Assembly (NCBI GenBank): GCA_035653955.1 | Contig: DASRYD010000193.1 | Coordinates: 1 to 33,019, forward strand | Direction: 5' to 3' | Length of the DNA: 33,019 bases | Source: Pseudoxanthomonas sp. | GTDB taxonomy: Bacteria > Pseudomonadota > Gammaproteobacteria > Xanthomonadales > Xanthomonadaceae | Shown: positions 1 through 8,449 of the stretch, in pieces | Layout of the letters: each line of letters starts with the position of its first letter | Position numbering within the stretch: position 1 is the stretch's first letter | Notes under the pieces: generated by a model | Seen by the model: the letters and a program-made list of their open reading frames with translations, nothing else | The model's database searches: none | What the model was told of the DNA's origin: nothing | Made by a program: the position numbers and the translations under genes

Positions 1-1219
1 CGGCATCTGGGGCGCCGGCGGGCCGGCGGTGGACGCGCAAGGCAGCGTGTACGTCGTCACCGGCAGCGGTTTCGACGGCTACAAGGAACAGGCGCACGAC
101 TGGACGCAGTCGGTGCTGAAGCTGTCGCAACCGGGCGGGAATGGCTTCGTGCTGCAAGGTACCTATACGCCGTTCAACCATTGCACCACCGCGAAGAACG
201 ATATCGATCTCGGTTCCGGCGGCGTGCTGTTGCTGCCGGATGCGCCGGCCGGCGGAGGGCCGCGCCTGCTGGCTGTCGGCGGCAAGCAGGGCAATTTCTA
301 CCTGCTCGATCGCGATCGCCTGCCGGGAAGACTCGATCGGCGTCCCGCATGCAGCACGGATGCTTCCGGCGACGGTTCCCTGTTGCCCCCGCAAGTGCAG
401 CCGCAATTCGGCACACGCGGTCCGTTGAACGTGTTCGGGCCGTATTCGGAAGAGGACGCGGCGCTCGACCTGGCGCGGGCGCGTTCGCTGCCCGCCGCAT
501 TCCGCGACGGGCGCGGTATCGATTACCTGTTCGCCACCGGCAACACCAAGGCTGCGCCGGGATCGTCGAAGAGCGAGCCGCCGTCGGTGGTCCGCCTAGA
601 AGTGGTGCGCACGCCCGGGCGACCGCCATACCTTCGCGTCGACCGCAGCAACCGCGGCCTGGTGCTGGGCAATCCCGGCTCGCCGGTGGTGACCAGCGAC
701 GGGCCGCGCAACGCCATCGTCTGGGTTCTCGATGAGAACGCGTCGCGTTCGGCGTTGCTGTCCGGCGATGGGGTGCCGCGGCCGGTGCTGTATGCGCTGG
801 ATGCGCACAGCCTGGATGTGCTGTGGCGCAGCGCGCCGGGTGAATTGTTCACCAGCGGCAAGTACAACGAGCCCGCGTTCGGCGGTGGCCTGGCCTTCGT
901 CGGCACCGACCGTATCCAGGCCTTCGGGCACGGTGGTCGACGGCTGGCGAATCGGCAACAGGCATCTTCAACCGTGCCCGGCAAGAAAGATGCGGCGGCG
1001 TCCGCCGAGGTCGCCGACCTCGACGCCGCGGGCATTTACCGGCAGCGCTGCGCGATGTGCCATGACCATCCGCAAGGCAATATTCCTCCGAAGGCCGTGC
1101 TGGCGGCGCGCCCCCGTCAATGCATCGTGGATGCGCTCGACCATGGTGCGATGCGCATGCAGGCGCAAGGACTCAGCAAGGAACAGATCGACGCCATGGC
1201 GAGGTATCTCAAGCAATGA
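1..1219 (+). CDS. 5'-truncated PQQ-like beta-propeller protein with C-terminal c-type cytochrome domain
   Basis: The frame is open from base 2 (GIWGAGGPAVD...), so the true start lies upstream of the window. Propeller-type motifs VYVVTGSG, DIDLGSGG, GGKQGNFYLLDR and LYALDA-x5-LW are present. An Ala-rich linker is followed by the heme motif CAMCH and a candidate axial Met (GAMRMQ). The stop overlaps the next start (ATGA, 1216-1219). Confidence 0.7.
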   Translation, partial: GIWGAGGPAVDAQGSVYVVTGSGFDGYKEQAHDWTQSVLKLSQPGGNGFVLQGTYTPFNHCTTAKNDIDLGSGGVLLLPDAPAGGGPRLLAVGGKQGNFYLLDRDRLPGRLDRRPACSTDASGDGSLLPPQVQPQFGTRGPLNVFGPYSEEDAALDLARARSLPAAFRDGRGIDYLFATGNTKAAPGSSKSEPPSVVRLEVVRTPGRPPYLRVDRSNRGLVLGNPGSPVVTSDGPRNAIVWVLDENASRSALLSGDGVPRPVLYALDAHSLDVLWRSAPGELFTSGKYNEPAFGGGLAFVGTDRIQAFGHGGRRLANRQQASSTVPGKKDAAASAEVADLDAAGIYRQRCAMCHDHPQGNIPPKAVLAARPRQCIVDALDHGAMRMQAQGLSKEQIDAMARYLKQ

Positions 1220-3042
1220 ATCCAGGCCGTACCGAACTGGGCGGGGTGTTGGGCGAAGCGCTGGCAGCGAACCTGCGTGGCCGCCTGCTGCATTTCATCG
1301 TCGACGAGCGCAGTCCCGCCATCGCGCTGTTTTCTCCGGAGCACCGGGCGGCCAACTTCGAAGGCGACTGGTACGGCGAACATGCCGGAAAATGGCTGTA
1401 TGCGGCGGCGAAGGCGGTGATGCGCAGCGACGACGCGACGCTGGCGGCGCACCTGCGCCGGGTCGCCGATTACCTGGCGTCGGTGCAGGAACCCGATGGC
1501 TATCTCGGCACCTATGCGCCGCCGCGCCGTTTCATGGTGCCGCAACCGCCGAAACCGGTCAGTTGGGACGGCGCGCCCGCAATGCGCACCTGGGATGTGT
1601 GGACGCACAGTTACCTGGTCGTCGGCCTGGTCGAAACCTGGCGCGCGCTTGGTGAATCCCGGCATCTCGAAGCCGCCATGCGCATCGGCGACCTGTGCCT
1701 GCGCATGCTGCGCGCCGGCATCGACATCAACAGCCTCGGCAACCATCACGGCATGTCGGCGACGGTGCTGCTGGATGCCGCGGTCGAGTTGCATTTCGCC
1801 AGCGGCGAACAGCGTTTCCTCGAACTGGCGTTGCTGGTGCTGGAGCAGATCGAGGCCAATCCGGCGTTGCGCCTGCTCGGCCGTGCGCTGGAAGGCGCAG
1901 ACGCTTCGGAAATCGCCACCGGCAAGGCCTACCAGTTGCTGTGGAACCTGGTCGGATTGGCCAAGCTGCACCGCGCGACCGGCGACCCGGCCTACCTCGC
2001 CGCGGTGGAACGGCTGTGGCGCAACATCCGCGACCACCATCTGACCCTGGGCGGCGGCCCATGGGGTGGTGTCGCCCATCGTTCGCGCGAAGTGTTCAAC
2101 CCGGCGAACGTATTCAGCCCGCAGGGCTACGTGGAAACCTGTTCGATACTGGCCTGGCTGCAACTCAACCGCGAATTGCTGCGCATCACCGGCGCTGCGC
2201 GCTATGCCGAGGAAATCGAACGCACCGCCTACAACGACCTGCTCGGCGCGGCCGCGCCCGACGGCGAGGACTGGTGCTACTACTCGTTCCCCAACGGCAA
2301 GCGCGTGCATACGACCTACTGGCGTTGCTGCAAATCCAGCGGCGCGATGGCATTGGAGGAATTGCCGGAGCTGGCTTACAGCGGGACGACCGGCGGCTTG
2401 CGCATCAACCTGCTCGGCCCGGGCTCGGCGAAGCTGCTGATGCCGGTGGCCGGCGAAGTGGTGCTGAGCCAGGCCACGAACTACCCGTTCGACGGCGACG
2501 TGGACATCCGCGTCGAGCCGGAGCGCGCCACCCGCTTCGCCATCGAGATCCGCATTCCATCCTGGTTGCGCAACGCCGGCGCCGAAGTCGACGGCGAGCC
2601 CGTCGATGCTGTCGTGGCCGGAGAATGGCTGCGCATCGTGCGCGTATGGCGCCCTGGCGACCGCATCCGCCTGCGCCTGTCGATGGCGCCGGCCTTGCAC
2701 TTCCGCAGCAACCGCAACGTGCAGGAATCGCGCGCGCCCGATGGCAGCGAGGTGAAGCAGCAGGTGTTGCGCTTCGACTACGTCGCGTTGAGTCGTGGCC
2801 CGTTGGCCTATGCGACGGGACTGATCGACGGGTTCAAGTTCGAGGAAACGATCAGGCTTCCGGACCTGCCGCCGGAGCGCTGGCTGCGCGAGGAAGGCGA
2901 TCCGGCGGCGGGCGAGGGCGTCGGCATCGCGATGGAGCTGGGCTATCGCGCGCCGCTGGGGTTCGTGCCGTATTACCGCGCCGGTGGCCGCGAGGACGGT
3001 GCCTGGCGCCTGACCTGGCTGTCGCTGGCACCCGACGGGTAG
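1216..3042 (+). CDS. Glycoside hydrolase family 127-like (beta-L-arabinofuranosidase/DUF1680), 608 aa
   Basis: Motifs GEHAGKWL, QEPDGYLG, ETC (Zn ligands), WRCC (Cys nucleophile/Zn), TNYPFDG, RIPSW and RGPL. Start placed at ATG 1216 because of the ATGA overlap. No signal peptide seen. Confidence 0.85.
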   Translation: MNPGRTELGGVLGEALAANLRGRLLHFIVDERSPAIALFSPEHRAANFEGDWYGEHAGKWLYAAAKAVMRSDDATLAAHLRRVADYLASVQEPDGYLGTYAPPRRFMVPQPPKPVSWDGAPAMRTWDVWTHSYLVVGLVETWRALGESRHLEAAMRIGDLCLRMLRAGIDINSLGNHHGMSATVLLDAAVELHFASGEQRFLELALLVLEQIEANPALRLLGRALEGADASEIATGKAYQLLWNLVGLAKLHRATGDPAYLAAVERLWRNIRDHHLTLGGGPWGGVAHRSREVFNPANVFSPQGYVETCSILAWLQLNRELLRITGAARYAEEIERTAYNDLLGAAAPDGEDWCYYSFPNGKRVHTTYWRCCKSSGAMALEELPELAYSGTTGGLRINLLGPGSAKLLMPVAGEVVLSQATNYPFDGDVDIRVEPERATRFAIEIRIPSWLRNAGAEVDGEPVDAVVAGEWLRIVRVWRPGDRIRLRLSMAPALHFRSNRNVQESRAPDGSEVKQQVLRFDYVALSRGPLAYATGLIDGFKFEETIRLPDLPPERWLREEGDPAAGEGVGIAMELGYRAPLGFVPYYRAGGREDGAWRLTWLSLAPDG

Positions 3043-3153
3043 CGATCGCAAGAATTTCTGGAAGCAGAACATATGCCGCAGGCCTGTTTCGGGCCGCACC
3101 CGTCGCCCACACTCGCCGCATAGAACGGACAGGATTCGAAGGATCAGCCGTCC

Positions 3154-4350
3154 ATGAAGCATTCATCGCCATTCGACCTGGCCCTGCGCGAGGGCCCGCG
3201 GGGCCCGCTGGGCGGGATCAAGGTGCTGGACCTCAGCGCCTACATCGCCGGCCCCTACGGCTGCACGCTGCTGGCCGACCAGGGTGCTAGCGTGATCAAG
3301 GTGGAGCCGCCCGATGGCGACAACCTGCGCCAGTACCCTTCGACCTTGCAGGAGGAAAGCCGGGCCTTCATGGGCGTGAACCGCAGCAAGTTGGGTATCC
3401 GCCTGGACCTGAAGAGCGCCGAAGGCCTGAACGCGCTGCTGCGCCTGGTGCGCGAAGCGGACGTGCTGGTGCACAACTTCCGTCCCGCGGTACCGAAGCG
3501 GCTGGGCATCGATTTCGACCGCCTGACCGCGATCAACCCGCGCCTGGTCTATTGCGCGGTGACCGGCTACGGCGAAACCGGGCCGATGAAGGACAAGGCC
3601 GGCTACGACCAGGTGCTGCAGACCATGACCGGCATCTGCGCGCTGCAAGGCAAGCGCGGCGGCCCGCCGGAAATCGTCTACGGCTCGGTCGTCGATTACT
3701 ACGCTGCGGCGTTGCTGGCTGCCGGTGTTTCCTCGGCGCTGTACGAGCGCGAGCGCAGCGGCCTGGGCCAGTATGTCGGCATCTCGCTGCTGCGCAGCGC
3801 GCTGACCATGCAGTCGGCACGTCTGATCTGGGCCGAAGGCGAATCGCTCGATATCGGCCGCGACATGCGTTCGGGCGGGGTCACCGGCATCCATCCGGCC
3901 CGCGACGGCTACCTGTACATCTCGGCCAATACCCCGCGCTTCTGGCAGGCACTATGCGAGAAGACCGGCTTGCAGGCCCTCGCGGCGAACCCGCGCTACG
4001 ACAGCGTGCGCAAACGCGCCGAACACGCCACGGAAATCATCCCGCCGTTGCACGACGCCCTGGCCGCGCACGATGCGCTGGAATGGGAAACGATCTTCGG
4101 CGACGAAGTGCCGTGCTCGGCGGCGCGCAAGGTCGAGGACATGTTCACCCATCCGCAGGTGCTGGCCGAAGGCATCATCACCCGCATCGATCATCCCGTG
4201 CTGGGCAGTTACCACGGCGTCGCCCAACCGATCAAATTCGGACGCACGCCGGGGCCGGCGCCGTTCGCTTCGCCGGTGCTCGACCAGGATACGGCGGAAG
4301 TGCTCGAAACCGTCGCGGACCGGTCGGGAACGCAGGCTCGCAAGGCATAG
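3154..4350 (+). CDS. Class III CoA-transferase (CaiB/BaiF family)
   Basis: PLGGIKVLDLS..IAGP, GASVIKVEPP.GD, NRSK, ADVLVHNFRP, NPRLVYC and catalytic-region VVDYYAA. Confidence 0.92.
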   Translation: MKHSSPFDLALREGPRGPLGGIKVLDLSAYIAGPYGCTLLADQGASVIKVEPPDGDNLRQYPSTLQEESRAFMGVNRSKLGIRLDLKSAEGLNALLRLVREADVLVHNFRPAVPKRLGIDFDRLTAINPRLVYCAVTGYGETGPMKDKAGYDQVLQTMTGICALQGKRGGPPEIVYGSVVDYYAAALLAAGVSSALYERERSGLGQYVGISLLRSALTMQSARLIWAEGESLDIGRDMRSGGVTGIHPARDGYLYISANTPRFWQALCEKTGLQALAANPRYDSVRKRAEHATEIIPPLHDALAAHDALEWETIFGDEVPCSAARKVEDMFTHPQVLAEGIITRIDHPVLGSYHGVAQPIKFGRTPGPAPFASPVLDQDTAEVLETVADRSGTQARKA

Positions 4351-4359
4351 GCAGGGCAC

Positions 4360-4387
4360 GCAGGAGCGCACCAGGATGCGCTCCTGC
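4360..4387. terminator. Perfect 11-bp stem hairpin between convergent genes (possible bidirectional terminator or REP remnant)
   Basis: GCAGGAGCGCA-ccagga-TGCGCTCCTGC. No U-tract on either side. Confidence 0.5.
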
Positions 4388-4399
4388 AAGGTCATCGGT

Positions 4400-5653
4400 T
4401 CAATCGGCAGGATTCGCTTCCGCGGCCGCTTCGTCGCGCGTCTGCCGCGCCACCACGGCGGTCGCGGTCATGTCGCCGGTGACGTTGCCGACCGTGGCCA
4501 GTACGTCGGGGATCGCATCCACCGCCATCAGCACCGCCAGCGGCGCGATCGGCAGGCCCATGGCCTGGCTGACCGGCACATTGGTGGCCAGGAAGATCGC
4601 CTGGCCGGGCAGGCCGACCGAGCCCATGCTGACCAACACCGCAAGCACCACGCCGGTGGCCAGTTGCGCCGGACCCAGTTCGACGCCCATCGCCCAGGCG
4701 ACGAAGCAGGCGGTGGCGAGGTACTGGATCGGCGAGGTGATGCGGAACAGCGATACCGCCATCGGCAGCACCAGCCCGGACACGCGCTGCGAAAAACCGA
4801 GTCGCTGCTGCGCGCTGTCGAGCATCGCCGGCAAGGTCGCCAGCGACGACTGGGTGCTGGCGGCGACCGCCTGCACCGGCACCAGTCCGGCGATGAAGCG
4901 CCCCGGCGACTGGCGGCCGAAGGCCACGCCCACGCCGACCAACAGCACCACGGCCAATGCGTACAACGCGCATTCCAGCGCGATGTAGATGCCCAGGGCC
5001 TGCAGCATGCCCAGTCCCGCGCGCGCGGTGAGCGCCAGCACCAGGGCGAAGATGCCGACCGGCGCCGCCCACAGCACCCAGCGCACGACCACGATCATCG
5101 CGTCGGCGATCGCCTTGAAGAATCCGACTACCTGGGCGCGCGCCGGCGGTTCGAGCCGGGTCAGGGCGAAACCGAAGAACAGGGCGAAGGTCACCAGCGG
5201 CAGCATCGCGCCCGCCGCTGCCGCCGCCACTGCGTTGCTTGGGACGATGGCGATCAGCGCGGAAGCCCAGCCACCATTCGTTGCCTGCACCTCGGCCTCG
5301 TGGCCGCGCAGGGCGGCGGCGACCGCGGGATCCGGCTGCAGCATCGACAGCACCAGCGGCGCCAGCACCGCGGTCATCGCCGCGGCCGCGAACAGCAGCA
5401 CCACGAAGGTGACGATCGCGCGCCGCGCGACGCGCCCGGAATGCGCGGCATCGCTGGTCTGATTGATGCCGACGATCACCAGCGCCAGTACCAGCGGCAC
5501 CACGGTCATCTGCAGGGCATTGAGCCAGAGCTTGCCGAACGGCTCCACGATGTCGGCGACCTGTCCGGCGAACGCAGGATCCATCCATGCCAGCAGGATG
5601 CCGAGGACGATGCCGGCGACCAGGCCGGTCAGTACGCGTGCGGTCTGGCTCAA
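4400..5653 (-). CDS. Dicarboxylate/amino acid:cation symporter (DAACS/SDF family), 417 aa
   Basis: Multiple TM helices, FGKLWLNALQMTVVPLV, HP1 STQSSLATLP and TM8 DAIPD...TVGNVTGD. TTG start at 5653 overlaps the upstream stop (TTGA). Confidence 0.88.
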   Translation of the reverse strand: MSQTARVLTGLVAGIVLGILLAWMDPAFAGQVADIVEPFGKLWLNALQMTVVPLVLALVIVGINQTSDAAHSGRVARRAIVTFVVLLFAAAAMTAVLAPLVLSMLQPDPAVAAALRGHEAEVQATNGGWASALIAIVPSNAVAAAAAGAMLPLVTFALFFGFALTRLEPPARAQVVGFFKAIADAMIVVVRWVLWAAPVGIFALVLALTARAGLGMLQALGIYIALECALYALAVVLLVGVGVAFGRQSPGRFIAGLVPVQAVAASTQSSLATLPAMLDSAQQRLGFSQRVSGLVLPMAVSLFRITSPIQYLATACFVAWAMGVELGPAQLATGVVLAVLVSMGSVGLPGQAIFLATNVPVSQAMGLPIAPLAVLMAVDAIPDVLATVGNVTGDMTATAVVARQTRDEAAAEANPAD

Positions 5654-6426
5654 GGTGCGATCTCCGGCAATTTCCAGTCGTGTGCGAGGCGCGCGTATTC
5701 GGCTCTTGGCAGTTGCACGAACACCGGCCGGCGGCGCGCATCCAGCCAGGCCAGCAGGGCATCCATGCTGGCCGGGGCCATCGCGGTGCAGCCCGACGTG
5801 GTTTCGCCGGGCGCCTTCCACAAGTGCGCGAAGATGCAACTGCCGCCCTGGCGTACCGCGCCATCGGCATTGTGTTCGATCACGAAGCCTTCGCGGTAGC
5901 GCTGGTCGCCGTCGACGTGCAGGTCGCGACGCATCGGCTCGCTGGACTTGTCCAGGCCTGGTGCCTTGACCACGCTGCGGTCGACGATGCGGTTGTAGTA
6001 CGCCGATTCGGGGACGTCGATGCACCAGTCGTTGCCGCCCATCGCCTTGTAGTCGAGCCCGGTGCGGGCGCTTGCGGCATAGCCGAACGCGGGACCGATG
6101 GCGAACACGCCGGCCGGGGACTTGCCGTCGCCTTCGCGCTTCACCGGCCCGTCGTCGCGCGCGGCGTTCAGGCCGATGCCCCATGCGCTGCCGGTGCGGC
6201 CCAGGGTGATCGGCACGGCTGCGCCGACCTGGGTCCAGCCGTCGCCGTCGCGTTCGAAGCGGCGCAATTGGCCATCGGTCGCGTTCCAGTCGGCGCTGGT
6301 CACCAGGACCAGCTGCTGCGCGTTCGACCAGCGTGCGGCTTCTGCGACATCGGCCACGGGCCTGTGCGCGCAGGCGACCAGCAACAATGCGAGCAGGAAA
6401 GGGGCGACACGGCGGATCGGCATCAT
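5650..6426 (-). CDS. YkuD-like L,D-transpeptidase/carboxypeptidase family lipoprotein, 258 aa
   Basis: Signal peptide with lipobox LVAC; KREGDGKSPAG; catalytic region GSCIFAH...TTSGCTAM (His/Cys). Confidence 0.85.
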   Translation of the reverse strand: MMPIRRVAPFLLALLLVACAHRPVADVAEAARWSNAQQLVLVTSADWNATDGQLRRFERDGDGWTQVGAAVPITLGRTGSAWGIGLNAARDDGPVKREGDGKSPAGVFAIGPAFGYAASARTGLDYKAMGGNDWCIDVPESAYYNRIVDRSVVKAPGLDKSSEPMRRDLHVDGDQRYREGFVIEHNADGAVRQGGSCIFAHLWKAPGETTSGCTAMAPASMDALLAWLDARRRPVFVQLPRAEYARLAHDWKLPEIAP

Positions 6427-6486
6427 CGGATTCCGGAGATCGGGGAGAAGCGGGCAGGGCCTTCCTGCATTAAGCCATGGCACCGA

Positions 6487-7332
6487 TCACGACTCCAGCA
6501 GCGGCTGGATGCGTTCCTGGTTTTCCTGCAACCGCGAACGGCGCCCGCCATCGGCTTCGTACAGGCGGATGAACACGCGGTCGAGCAGGTGCTGCAGGGC
6601 CGAGTGATAGAGCAGCGGCTCGATGTGCGGATGCTCGTCGTGCGCGGACACCAACAGGGCCACGTCGGCAAGCGCGCGCAAGGCATTCGAACTGTGGCGG
6701 GTGACGGTGACCACCTTGCCGCGTTGCGAACGCATGTGGCGCGCCAGCTGGCACAGCGCGGGCTGCATGCCGTGCTCGGAAAACACCAGCAACACGTTGT
6801 CGGCCCTGGCCGCAGACAGGCTGGCGGTCATGTGCGCGGCGTCGAAGTTGTGCACGGTGAGGATGCCGAGCTGGGCCAGGCGCAACGCCAGCGCGCGCGC
6901 GTGCAGATCGTCCTCGCCCAGGCCGATGATGAACACCGTGCCCGCGCGACCGATCAGGTCGGCCGCCTGGGTCAGGGTGCCAGGCGGGTTGATCATTCGG
7001 GTGGCTTCCTCGGACTCAGACTTTCGCAACCACAGACTGTGGCCTTGTTCCCTGGTGGCCGGCGCGCCTGCCGGTGGCGCGACCGCACGCCCGCCGTTGT
7101 CGGCGCGGATCACCGCTTCGTTGATCGCCAGCTTGAGGTCGGGATAACCCTTGAAACCCAGCTTCTGGCAGAACTTGACCACGCTCGACTGGCTGATGTC
7201 CAGCGCGTCGGCCAGTTGCTGCGAGGAGTAGTCGCGCAGCAATTGCGCGTTCTCGATGATGAAATCGGCGATACGGCGTTCGATCGCCGACATCCGGTCG
7301 CGTTCGGAGCGGATCTTGACCAGCGCGGTCAT
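6487..7332 (-). CDS. MurR/RpiR family transcriptional regulator (HTH + SIS), 281 aa
   Basis: N-terminal ERRIADFI...SSQQLA...ISQSSVVKFCQKLGFKGYPDLK, followed by a C-terminal SIS fold. ATG at 7332 lies 10 nt after the epimerase stop. Confidence 0.93.
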   Translation of the reverse strand: MTALVKIRSERDRMSAIERRIADFIIENAQLLRDYSSQQLADALDISQSSVVKFCQKLGFKGYPDLKLAINEAVIRADNGGRAVAPPAGAPATREQGHSLWLRKSESEEATRMINPPGTLTQAADLIGRAGTVFIIGLGEDDLHARALALRLAQLGILTVHNFDAAHMTASLSAARADNVLLVFSEHGMQPALCQLARHMRSQRGKVVTVTRHSSNALRALADVALLVSAHDEHPHIEPLLYHSALQHLLDRVFIRLYEADGGRRSRLQENQERIQPLLES

Positions 7333-7342
7333 CGTCGACGCC

Positions 7343-8449
7343 TCAGGCCGCGAGGTCGGCTGCGGGCGCGAGGCCGTCGATGCTACGGATGCCCAGGCCG
7401 GGGGCATCGGTCACGCTGATCTCCGATTCGTTGAACACCACGCCGCTGGTCACCGGATCGAACTGGCACAGCGAAGGCCCGTCCAGGTCGACCTTGCTGA
7501 TCACGTCGGACCGGGCCACCGCCAGGTGCACCGCCGCGGCGACGCCGATGCTGGATTCCAGCATGCAGCCGATCATGCAATCTATGCCGTACAGGCTGCA
7601 GAGGTCGGCGATGCGCACGGCGTTGGAAATGCCGCCGGTCTTCATCAGCTTGATATTGACGATGTCGGCCGCGCGCATGCGGATCAGCTCCACGACTTCG
7701 CGCGGGCCGAACACGCTCTCGTCGGCCATCACCGGGGTGTGCACGCGCTCGGTGACGTAGCGCAGGCCGGCCAGGTCGTGCGCCTTCACCGGTTGTTCGA
7801 CCAGTTCCAGCTTCACCCCGGCGTCTTCCAGCGTGCGCAGCGCGTACACCGCCTGCTTGGCGGTCCAGCCCTGGTTGGCGTCCAGCCGCAACAGCGCGCG
7901 GCCTTCCACCGCGGCGTGGATCGCCTTGGTGCGCTCGATGTCCAGCCCGATGTCCTTGCCGACCTTGATCTTCAGCGATTCGAAGCCGCGTTCCACCGCC
8001 GCCAGCGAGTCGGACACCATCTTGTCGATGTAATCGACGCTGATGGTGATGTCGGTGGTTATGGCGGGGTCGCCGCCGCCCAGCAGCTTGTACAGCGGCG
8101 CGCCGTACAGCTGCCCCCACAGGTCGTACACCGCGATCTCCACCGCCGCCTTCGCGCTGGTGTTCTTCTCCATCGCGGACTGCACCAGCTGGGTGATGCG
8201 GTTGAGGTTGGCGATGTCCTGGCCAATCAGGCGCGGGGCGATGTAGTGGCGCACGGCCTCGACGATCGAGCCGTGGGTGTCGCCGGTGATGACCGCGGTG
8301 GCCGGCGCGCTGCCGTAGCCGACGTGGCCGCTGTCGGTATGCACCATCACCACCACGTCCTCGACCCGGTCCACGGTGCGCAGCGCGGTCTTGAACGGCG
8401 TCTTCAAAGGCACGCGCAGCATGCCGAAACGGATGTCGGTGATCTTCAT
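7343..8449 (-). CDS. ykfB: L-Ala-D/L-Glu dipeptide epimerase (enolase superfamily), 368 aa
   Basis: PFKTALRTV, KIKVG, LDANQG, EQP, ADES, NIKLMKTGG, GCMLES and the dipeptide-epimerase DLDG motif. ATGA overlap with the upstream NlpC/P60 gene (8446-8449). Confidence 0.93.
   Translation of the reverse strand: MKITDIRFGMLRVPLKTPFKTALRTVDRVEDVVVMVHTDSGHVGYGSAPATAVITGDTHGSIVEAVRHYIAPRLIGQDIANLNRITQLVQSAMEKNTSAKAAVEIAVYDLWGQLYGAPLYKLLGGGDPAITTDITISVDYIDKMVSDSLAAVERGFESLKIKVGKDIGLDIERTKAIHAAVEGRALLRLDANQGWTAKQAVYALRTLEDAGVKLELVEQPVKAHDLAGLRYVTERVHTPVMADESVFGPREVVELIRMRAADIVNIKLMKTGGISNAVRIADLCSLYGIDCMIGCMLESSIGVAAAVHLAVARSDVISKVDLDGPSLCQFDPVTSGVVFNESEISVTDAPGLGIRSIDGLAPAADLAA

Noticed and set aside
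1120-1215. Upstream extensions of ORF-track starts (GH127 1120, DAACS 6184, epimerase 8839, hydrolase 13697, TBDR2 15777, amidase 18700, LysR 32615)
   Set aside because: They overlap neighbouring genes or promoters. Downstream starts have an RBS, a stop/start overlap or a signal peptide.
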